Assembly: GCA_963795715.1 (NCBI GenBank)
Contig: CAWCIY010000002.1
Coordinates: 1,156,131-1,180,130 of the forward strand
Direction of reading: 5' to 3'
Source of the DNA: an uncultured Pseudomonadota bacterium
GTDB taxonomy: Bacteria; Pseudomonadota; Gammaproteobacteria; Coxiellales; Coxiellaceae
DNA length: 24,000 nucleotides
The translations under genes and the position numbers were made by a program. Positions 8,974 through 16,414 of this stretch are shown here, one piece after another. Under the pieces are notes generated by a model that was not told the origin of the DNA, did no database searches, and was given only the letters and a program-made list of their open reading frames with translations. Positions within the stretch are counted from its first letter, which is position 1; the number at the start of each line of letters is the position of its first letter.

Positions 8974-9468
8974 TTATGCAGACAAGCTGGCTTTTACCGT
9001 CTCCACATTTTTTTGAGAGGCGGAAATAGCTTTCTTTAGAAACCCATCGGTGATCGATTGCAATCCCCAGGGAATGGAAGTATCTTTTTCATAGGCTTTT
9101 TCTAATTCAGCCATTACCTTTGGAACAAAATGTACAAAATGCAGGGCAAAGGTTGTTTCATAATGGTTACCCTTTGTCATCACCACAGGACAACCTTTCT
9201 TTCCTTTGATCTCTGTAAATGAATTGATATCTTTATGTAAAGAGTTCAAAAGAGTCACAACTCGGAATGCAGTGTTTTCCTGGTTTGGTAATTGCTTTAA
9301 CTCCAAAAATATTTTATTAAGTGTTTCCTGATAATGTTGATAGTAAACTGTTTGTTTTGGTTTTTCGTCTTCAGTCTTTTTCTCTTCATCTTTTTGCAAT
9401 ATATCTGTTAACCTTTTCCAAGCACTTAAAATACCCGCTAAATGTGTATAGGGTTGCGGAAATTTCAT
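8974..9468 (-). CDS. Hypothetical protein (164 aa), no recognisable domain
   Basis: Clean ORF convergent with the oxidoreductase operon. It has a Lys/Glu-rich N-terminal stretch and a weak RBS. No motif recognised. Confidence 0.5.
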   Translation of the reverse strand: MKFPQPYTHLAGILSAWKRLTDILQKDEEKKTEDEKPKQTVYYQHYQETLNKIFLELKQLPNQENTAFRVVTLLNSLHKDINSFTEIKGKKGCPVVMTKGNHYETTFALHFVHFVPKVMAELEKAYEKDTSIPWGLQSITDGFLKKAISASQKNVETVKASLSA

Positions 9469-9630
9469 ATATTTCTACCTTTATGATTTCAAAATTTATC
9501 AACAATGATAAATTAGCAAAGAAATATTAAAAAAGTCTTAAATTCTAAACAATATAGCAAATCAACCAGCCTGGAAATTTCATATCTCAGAGTCATTAAC
9601 ATCTAGAACTGTTTGTTTCCAGGGTAGATG

Positions 9631-9876
9631 TTACTCATCTATCTCATTTTGGTAGAGCATGTAGTGCCCCATCGCCAATTCCAGCAGATCGTGCAGTAAA
9701 GACAAATACTGATGCCGTGAGCCCATGGGCAACGATGAAATATCGAAGCCATGGGTGCAGACTAGCAACATTGCTTTAATCTTTTCCAAACAATCTTGAA
9801 CGATATCGGCAGGGGGTAAACCCTGATGGGAAGACAAGACGAAATCCGAATTATCGGATACAATGCGCTTAACCAT
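9631..9876 (-). CDS. Hypothetical small protein (81 aa)
   Basis: AAGGAGAG lies 6 nt upstream of the ATG at 9876; the tracked ORF starts two codons earlier at a TTG. No motif recognised. Confidence 0.45.
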   Translation of the reverse strand: MVKRIVSDNSDFVLSSHQGLPPADIVQDCLEKIKAMLLVCTHGFDISSLPMGSRHQYLSLLHDLLELAMGHYMLYQNEIDE

Positions 9877-10439
9877 GATCAACTCTCCTTGAGTTTAGTT
9901 GGTTGTGGCCGTGCGACGTGAGGTTGTTTTATTGATTGTTTCTACCTAAGAGATCAAGGTGAGAAACCGGTTGTTTCGCCAACCGTTTCCTACCCGAACA
10001 TGCGATCCCGGCGACGGGATGGTGTGAAGCTCCGGGGACAACGAAGCCGTGGGATTAAACAAGCTACCCGATAAGATTTTTCGTGAGGAAATCTAAAATC
10101 CCTAATATCCATGGGATGAGGCGCCAGGAAGAATGGCATGGTTAATGTAATGTAAATCTTCGTAACTATCGTAAGCAACAAACAGCTAAAGGATATTGGT
10201 AAGCTGTAGCCAAAAGGCAAGAAGTCAGGATAAGAGCTGACCACTCTCTTATCGCGAATGTTGAACTTCCGGTGGATAGAAGAAACCTAAACCATTTCGT
10301 CAATAAAATAGAACATGTCAAATCTGTTGATCTCCTTTGAGCCAGGGAAAGCAAACCGTAAGGTGCGCCGAAAGGTCAGCAGAATTAGGAGGATGAACGA
10401 AGCGAATGCCACCCGGTAATAGGATGGATAGGGATTGAG

Positions 10440-10469
10440 TTTTTTTTTTGAAAAAAAAAAAAAAAAAAA
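10440..10469. repeat. Homopolymer pair T10-G-A19 inside the intron ribozyme
   Basis: Read directly: 10 T (10440-10449), G (10450), 19 A (10451-10469). It is immediately followed by a GCGC-GAAA-GCGC tetraloop hairpin. Confidence 0.95.
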
Positions 10470-10540
10470 TAATATCATCCCGCGCGAAAGCGCTGCCCAA
10501 GTTCATCTGGTTCTTATAACGAGAAGGATTCGAAAACCGA

Positions 10541-10957
10541 ATGAAAGCAGGTACGCAGGATAGGAGTAACCCTGGAGTTGCTGACGCGGCCTCACAACGT
10601 GATATACCTTGGCATCATATTCATTGGCGTCAAGCGCATAAAACGGTGAATCGGCTTCAATCCCGCATCGTTTCGGCATTGCAGGAAGGCAATCATCGTA
10701 AAGTCCGCGCTTTACAGATCCTTCTGACAAAATCGTTATCCGCAGCTGCAATGGCTGTGAGACAGGTGACCGAAAATACAGGAAAAAGAACGCCCGGTAT
10801 TGATCAGGAAGTTTGGAAAACCAACAACCAAAAAGCCGAAGCCATCAGTCGGATTCGCGCCAGTCGATATCGAGCTAAACCCCTTCGTCGAATCTATATC
10901 CCTAAACCCGGCAAGGACGAAAAACGTCCCTTGAGTATCCCGACGGTGACTTCATAA
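10541..10957 (+). pseudogene. Group II intron reverse transcriptase, N-terminal fragment
   Basis: ...VNRLQSRIV...LQILLTKSLSAAAMAVRQVTENTGKRTPGID...YIPKPGKDEKRPLSIPT, followed by VTS* where the insertion begins. Confidence 0.85.
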
Positions 10958-13048
10958 TACACCTCCTTCAATTTTATTTTGGGATTTTGATCGCGCAATA
11001 GCAATTTTGGTTGAATTTTCAACTATCCTCCTAAGTTCAAGCTCTTTTTCTGGTCCAATAAATAACCAGAACTTCAAGCCGCTGCGTCGCTTGCTAATCA
11101 TACCACGTTCAATCCAGTCATAAATCACATACTGGCTCACGTTAAATTTTTCGGCGGCTTCCTTGACGGATATCTCTCCTTCTTTTTGCCGTCGTGGCGC
11201 AGGGATTTTATGCTTAAATCGAATCCATTGAACACCCTCTATCGTAAAAGAATTTCCCTTATTGGTTTTCAATCCCATTTGATTAAATTGCCCAACAATT
11301 TGCTGATCAGTCATCGTCAATGCTAATTGCCGGACTTGTTCAATCAACTCAGGAGAATGACGCCATTTTTCATGTGATTTTTGAGGTAATTCTACTTCTA
11401 TGCTTTCCGTGGCTCCACCTTGCCAGCGAATATGCAATGTGCTTTTTCTAGCGTTAATTAATTTCTCTACCGTAATATCTTTAATAAGCAGTCGCAAAAT
11501 ACGTTTACGATCTTTTGAACTGGTAGAATCAGCATTCCAGAGAACACTAAAATCTTTGGCTAATGCCACAATATTTTCCTTGTGTTGTTTTATTTGAATG
11601 AGCGCATTTTTTTCTTGATATTCAGCATATTTCTTATGAATTTCTTCCAGCGCTATTAACGATTCATTCCAACGTTTTTCAAGGGTTGCGGCGACTAGTC
11701 GATTAGACGGATCGACTTCCTCATAACGTCGTTGGGCGATTTGCACTTCATAATCTGCTCTGTCGATCTTCATTTTCCACTGTTTTTCTAGAGACTTCGC
11801 CTCTTTGTTCCAATTCTTCAAATGCTTTAATTGCAATATCAATTTGATTCGAATTCATGACGGTTAATATTTTTTTTGAAATAGTTTGATCTAATGGAGT
11901 AGCTAATACAGAAAGACAGGATTTAAGATGAACACCATTACGTTTTTGCCAATTACACTGATAAGCAGGGCGAATCCCATTATGATCCGTATAACGCACA
12001 GTCAGCCGATAACCACAACGACCACAGATTAATAATCCTTGTAATAAAGCATGTCCTTCTCTTGCCGCTGTAGAGGTTAGGTTTTCTAATCCGTTCGTTT
12101 TATTTTTTTCAAGGCTCTTTTGATTATTTAAATAGTCTTCCCAAGAAATATAGCCTTCATGATGATCTTTTATCATGACATGCCATTTATCCATCGGCAA
12201 ACACTGAGTGGTTATTTGTAATTGACCGGTACTCGATAATTTTTTATTAAAGCGATGACGTCCATATACATAAACACCCGCATAATTAGGGTTTTTTATG
12301 ACACCTAATACTCGAGAATCCGTCAATGTTCCCCATATTAATTTTCCTTTCCAAGCTCCACCGTAGGCACGTTTAGGAAATAAAATTTCATTCTCATCTA
12401 AAGTATTTAACTACTGCATAAGCAGCTGCCTCTCTCTTTAAATACTTTAAATAACAACTGAATAACGTGGCGCACTTGTTCATCACAATCAATATAATGT
12501 GACCTTCTTCGTTATAGCATAATCCTATTGGCAAAGGTGATCGCAACTCACCTTTTTTAGCTTTATTCATTTTCCCTCCCTGGAGGCGCGCGCGAATAAA
12601 ATGCAGCTCGGCTTGCGACATGGTTCCCTTGATTCCCAACAACAATTGGTCGTTGAAATCGGCAGGATTGTAACAACCATCTTCGTCGATAATCAATGTA
12701 TTCGTTAATCGCACATAATTCCAATAAACGATGCCAATCGGTACAAGACCGTGATAGTCGAGAAGCTTCCAAAGCAAAGACTGCTCCGACTTTCCCCATC
12801 GAAACATCCGCTACGAGCAATTTGAAATCTTCGCGGTGATTCGCTTGACTGCCCGACAATCCTAAATCCCCATCCAATATTTTGATCGCTTGTTGAGGCC
12901 ATCCCATCTGCTGTGCCTTGTCTCGAAGAGCATATTGGCGCTGAGTACTTTCCTGATTGAAGCGTACTTGTGCCATCGTCGATTGCCGAAGGTAAATATA
13001 CGCTGGTTTGGCCGTGTGTTGGGGTTGAATTTTGGTTTCTATCATCAT
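10952..13048 (-). pseudogene. Large serine recombinase (~699 codons), multiply frameshifted
   Basis: The N-terminal resolvase domain reads AYIYLRQSTMAQV...ALEASRLSRSCTDWHRLLELC. The gene then continues in other frames: TLIIDEDGCYNP..GIKGTMSQAELHFIRARLQGG; LDCDEQVRHVIQLLF; AAYAVVKYF; ENEILFPKR..NPNYAGVYVYGR..LLICGRCGYRL (zinc ribbon); coiled coil YEEVDPSNRLVAATLEKRWNE; and a C-terminal HTH-like tail. Frame changes lie near 12700-12715, 12485-12495, ~12424, ~12396 and 11795-11815. Confidence 0.85.
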
Positions 13049-13191
13049 GATTCAGTTTCTCCCTTTGAGTAGATATCATTTTATTTTTGTCCAAATAGTC
13101 TTGTAGCATATTCGCTACAATGATGGCGGCATGAGCCGTATTCAATGATGTCAGGGAGGATGAATCCATTTCAGATACTCTAATTTCCTTT

Positions 13192-13531
13192 TTAAAAATT
13201 GACTTTTCGTAACAATAGCTCGCGATTGATATCGCTGATTTCTCCTATAATTGCTTGGGCTTTTCGATAATTTTCTAACGCCTCTTCGACGATTACCTTG
13301 TTTTCCATAGACACGTAGATTAAAACAGTCTCTTGCATCCGGTATACTGACAGAAAGGTAATAAGTCGGCCCATGCTTGCTCCCTTCGTTGCAATGGCAA
13401 TTGGTTTTCCCACACTGTTTGTACCTTTCGATGAGTGACCCTCGCATCATATTTTCTTCGATGCTTTGTAAGTTCTTTGTATAAGCGTTCCTTCTCTTTT
13501 GACGTAGATGAGTGGAAGTAAAATTTTTCAT
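13192..13531 (-). pseudogene. DUF6788-like small protein, one frameshift
   Basis: MRGSLIERYKQCGKTNCHCNEGSKHGPTYYLSVS in one frame continues as ...ETVLIYVSMENKVIVEEALENYRKAQAIIGEISDINRELL in another, with the shift near 13350-13365. The RGSL..CGK.NC.C....HGPYYYL...YV pattern is the family signature as I recall it. Confidence 0.6.
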
Positions 13532-13537
13532 AAATAC

Positions 13538-13561
13538 CTGGACAGTTGTTAAACTGTCCAG
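13538..13561. repeat. Perfect 10-bp stem / 4-nt loop palindrome between the DUF5372-like and DUF6788-like genes
   Basis: CTGGACAGTT-GTTA-AACTGTCCAG, lying 6 nt upstream of the DUF6788-like ATG on the minus strand. Confidence 0.6.
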
Positions 13562-13585
13562 ATTCTACTATGAAATTTTCATAAT

Positions 13586-13945
13586 TCAATTTCTATTTTT
13601 TTGTTGGTTAACTGGTTTTAAAGTAGAGATCAAATCAGCCAATTGTTGAAGATGTGTAAAAGACAAAATAGGCGGGTGTTCAGATAACGATTGCAAAGGA
13701 TTGATATCAGCCTGATCAGTCCATTCTCGAGGAATACCAAAGGTACCTTGAAGGGATCCTTGCAAACTTAAAATGTCTTCATTGTACCTCTTTAAAGAAA
13801 GAATCTTAAATTTCTGACCTCTTAAAGGATGAAAAGGATGAGTAATGGTTGCCCATCCCGAAGATTGACTGTACTGATGTGCAGTTAGCTTTGACCGTGC
13901 CGTGCATGGTGGACAGAGCGAAACAAGCCTTACATCTATTAGCAT
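13586..13945 (-). CDS. DUF5372-like (Y4bD/Y4pK-type) small protein; the annotated ATG lies in flanking antisense RT sequence
   Basis: Conserved core ITHPFHPLRGQKFKIL...GIPREWTDQADINP...LSFTHLQQLADLI. The first ~12-14 codons (MLIDVRLVSLCPP...) are read from the antisense strand of the RT gene, outside the cassette. No ATG, GTG or TTG lies in frame inside the cassette upstream of ITHPF. Confidence 0.6.
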   Translation of the reverse strand: MLIDVRLVSLCPPCTARSKLTAHQYSQSSGWATITHPFHPLRGQKFKILSLKRYNEDILSLQGSLQGTFGIPREWTDQADINPLQSLSEHPPILSFTHLQQLADLISTLKPVNQQKNRN

Positions 13946-15204
13946 TAGATCCGATTGCGGAATACTATGCGGATTTAAACTCCTATGGTTTTCGCAAGAA
14001 AAGATCCACAGCCGATGCTATTGAGGCTTGTCGAATCTGTCTTTTCAGGAAAAACTCTGCAAAATGGGTCCTGGAAGGTGACATCAAAGGCTGTTTTGAC
14101 AACATCTCGCACACGTGGTTAATGAAATGGATTCCGATGAATAAACGAGTACTCGCACAATGGTTAAAGGCGGGATATATCGATCAGAAAACTTTCTATG
14201 AAACCGATCTCGGGACTCCCCAGGGGGGTATAGCGTCACCGGTATTGGCTAACCTAACGCTGGATGGATTAGAAGCTCAAATTAAGCTTCAATTCAAAAA
14301 ACAGAAGGTCAATGTCATCCGCTACGCCGACGATTTTATCATCACCGGAGAATCAAAAGAACTCCTGGAAAATAAAATCAAACCCGCTGTGGAAAAATTT
14401 TTGCAGATCAGAGGACTCTCTCTATCTCAGAAAAAGACCCATATCACCCACATGGAAGAAGGATTCGATTTTCTTGGCTTCAATCTTCGCTGGATGAAAG
14501 ACCAGCTCGTCATCAAACCAGCGAAAGCGAAGGTGAAAGCAGTGCTCGCCAAAATCAGGCTAACATTGCGCAAAGGTTTACACCGACAACCAGGAGATAT
14601 CATTAGTCAACTCAATCCTATTATTAGAGGATGGGGTAACTATTATCGCCACTGTTGCTGTTCTCGAACATTCTGCTACCTCGATCATCAAATCTGGCAA
14701 GCGCTTTGGCGTTGGGCGATGAGAAGACATCCCGGCAAAGGCAAAAGATGGGTCAAAGATAAATACTTTAAGAAAACACACAGAACAGCCTGGGATTTCT
14801 GCGGAAAATCGTTCGAAGGGCTTCCCATTTATCTCACTATGGCCCGGTCTGTTCATCACAAAAAGCATATCAAAATCCGTCAGGAAGCCAATCCTTACGA
14901 TCCTCAATATGCCCAGTATTTTGAACAACGCCGCCGGAATACGACTGATATTCCAGATAGAAAACTTCTAAGAAATCTATGGCTTGAACAAAAGGGATTA
15001 TGCCCACTCTGCCAAACGGTAATCACACAACAGTCTGGATGGCATATGCATCACATCATACATCGGAGTCGCCAAGGCAAAAACACTCAAGAAAATCTGG
15101 TCTTGTTGCACCCAATGTGTCATGATCAATGGCATCTACGCGATAGCGAGAGCAAAGCCGGGCTTTCCAGGAAAGTCTTTAAGAGCTTGAGCCGTATGCA
15201 GTGA
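13906..15204 (+). pseudogene. Group II intron reverse transcriptase, C-terminal fragment (RT domains, maturase X, HNH endonuclease)
   Basis: It resumes MVDRAKQALHLLALDPI. It contains SYGFRKKRS, GTPQGGIASPVLANL, the IRYADDFII (YADD) active site, the maturase motif RGWGNYYR, and HNH motifs CPLCQ...HHIIHRSRQG...LHPMCHDQWH. There is no internal stop. Confidence 0.85.
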
Positions 15205-15263
15205 AAGTTGCACGTACGGTTCTTAGGGGACGGGGTCACGGTAACGTGATCTTGTTACCCGAC
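15189..15263 (+). ncRNA. Group II intron domains V and VI
   Basis: Domain V is GAGCCGTATGCAGTGAAAGTTGCACGTACGGTTC (34 nt) with an AGC triad, a 2-nt bulge and a GAAA loop. Domain VI is GGGGACGGGGTCACG-GTAA-CGTGATCTTGTT-A-CCC, with an unpaired A at 15257 six nt before the 3' end (..GAC). Confidence 0.8.
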
Positions 15264-15514
15264 AGTCCTGCTGCGGTGTTCTAGCACTGCTGCGGGACGC
15301 TACGAAAGTCTCCATCTTAGCGCCCTGTTCTGGATGCAAGGTGGAGACATTTCCTTAAGTACGTACATTAACAAAACTTTTCAAATAGTTCAATATTCAT
15401 AATTCAGTTTATTAGCTTTCAAAAAAAAATATTTTTATTCAACATTCCCTAGAATTACATTGCAAAATTTAACTTTGCTATTTATAATTTTTTATACAAA
15501 AATGGAGAATCGAC

Positions 15515-16339
15515 ATGGCGCGCTATCTTGATCCGAAAGTGGATGTAGTTTTTAAAAAAATCTTTGGTCAGCACCCTCATTTGTTGAGGAGTTTTCTAAA
15601 CGCTGTACTGCCTTTGCCGGAAGGAACCTGGATAGAGTCATTGGAGTATTTAAGCAGTAAGCAAACCCCAGAAATTCCGGTATTTAAAACCACGGTAGTG
15701 GATGTAAAATGTAAAGACCAGATGGGCAGAATATTCATTGTAGAGATGCAAATTCAATGGACGGATGCATTTAAGCAGCGGTTGTCGTTTGGAGCCAGCA
15801 CTGCTTACGTGCGCCAACTGAAGCATGGAGAGGATTATAATTTATTAAAGCCGGTTTACGGTTTAGGATTGTTAGCCAGTGTCTTTGATAAAGAAACTCC
15901 GCAGTGGTATCACCATTATAAATTAGTGAATATCGGCCAGCCGGAACGAGAGATCAAGCATTTACAGTTAGTATTTATTGAACTGCCGAAATTTAAACCG
16001 GCGTCCTTTCAGGAAAAAAAACTGCAAGCGCTCTGGTTAAGCTTTATGTCCGAATTAAATGATGAGACCCAAACTATTCCTGAAGAATGGTTAAATGAGC
16101 CGGAAATTGCAGAAGCAGTACAACTAAGCCGGCAATCAGCTTATACAAAATCAGAATTGCAAGCGTATGATAAATATTGGGATGCAGTAAGTACAGAAAA
16201 AACTCTAATTTCAGGGGCTTATCATGAAGGTAGGCATGAAGAAAAAGTACTTATTGCTCGAAAACTATTATTGTCTGGTATGAAAAAAGACGAAGTTTTG
16301 GCAATAACCGGTTTATCACTTCAAGATTTAGAAACCTGA
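15515..16339 (+). CDS. Rpn-family recombination-promoting nuclease / PD-(D/E)XK putative transposase
   Basis: N-terminal YLDPKVDVVFKKIFG and the nuclease core VVDVKCKDQMGRIFIVEMQIQ are the typical signature of this family. Confidence 0.8.
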   Translation: MARYLDPKVDVVFKKIFGQHPHLLRSFLNAVLPLPEGTWIESLEYLSSKQTPEIPVFKTTVVDVKCKDQMGRIFIVEMQIQWTDAFKQRLSFGASTAYVRQLKHGEDYNLLKPVYGLGLLASVFDKETPQWYHHYKLVNIGQPEREIKHLQLVFIELPKFKPASFQEKKLQALWLSFMSELNDETQTIPEEWLNEPEIAEAVQLSRQSAYTKSELQAYDKYWDAVSTEKTLISGAYHEGRHEEKVLIARKLLLSGMKKDEVLAITGLSLQDLET

Positions 16340-16414
16340 TAGGTTTCCCTATTTCCACCCACAGTATGTTATAACTCGAAAGGATTTCTATGCAATATTT
16401 GCATTCCCGTCTCA

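Larger units (their letters stand above)
10946..13911 (-). mobile_element. Serine-recombinase cassette (DUF5372-like, DUF6788-like, large serine recombinase) inserted in the intron RT gene
   Basis: It sits exactly between RT residues ...IPT(VT) and (MV)DRAKQ.... All three genes lie on the opposite strand. The ends cannot be resolved better than 10946-10952 and 13905-13911. GGTG occurs at both junctions (10945-10948 and 13908-13911). Confidence 0.7.
9911..15263 (+). mobile_element. Group II intron (retroelement) carrying an interrupted RT/maturase/HNH ORF
   Basis: GTGCG 5' end at 9911. About 630 nt of visibly G+C-richer structured sequence precede the IEP ORF. Domain V lies at 15189-15222. 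Domain VI has a bulged A at 15257, and the intron ends in AC at 15263. Length is ~2.39 kb once the 2.96-kb insertion is removed. Confidence 0.85.

Noticed and set aside
9880-9915. Class C-type (terminator-targeting) group II intron
   Set aside because: No stem-loop immediately precedes the 5' splice site. The IEP also carries a C-terminal HNH endonuclease domain, which class C introns lack.
10208-10244. Candidate EBS2 (AGCCAA, 10208-10213) and EBS1 (GACCAC, 10239-10244) pairing with 5'-exon TTGGTT (9899-9904) and GTGGCC (9905-9910)
   Set aside because: The pairing needs a G-U pair and an A-C mismatch, and the two motifs are closer together than I would expect. It is too weak to assert without a structural alignment.
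10440-10469. A19 tract as a retrotransposition poly(A) tail or element boundary
   Set aside because: It lies inside the intron, upstream of the RT start and flanked on both sides by ribozyme-like sequence. It is not at an element end.
9990-10751. Five overlapping minus-strand ORFs (62-84 aa) in the track
   Set aside because: They lie antisense within the group II intron ribozyme domains and the RT 5' end. They have low-complexity or odd composition (for example poly-F/K from the T/A runs). They are artefacts of structured RNA-coding DNA.
11400-13589. Alternative-frame ORFs inside the cassette (11400..11597 +, 12705..13169 -, 12890..13072 +, 13320..13589 -)
   Set aside because: They overlap frames that carry clear recombinase or DUF6788-like motifs, and they show no motifs themselves.
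14312-14928. ORFs 14312..14497 (+) and 14578..14928 (-) inside the RT fragment
   Set aside because: They are shadow ORFs in alternative or antisense frames of a well-supported RT/maturase coding region.
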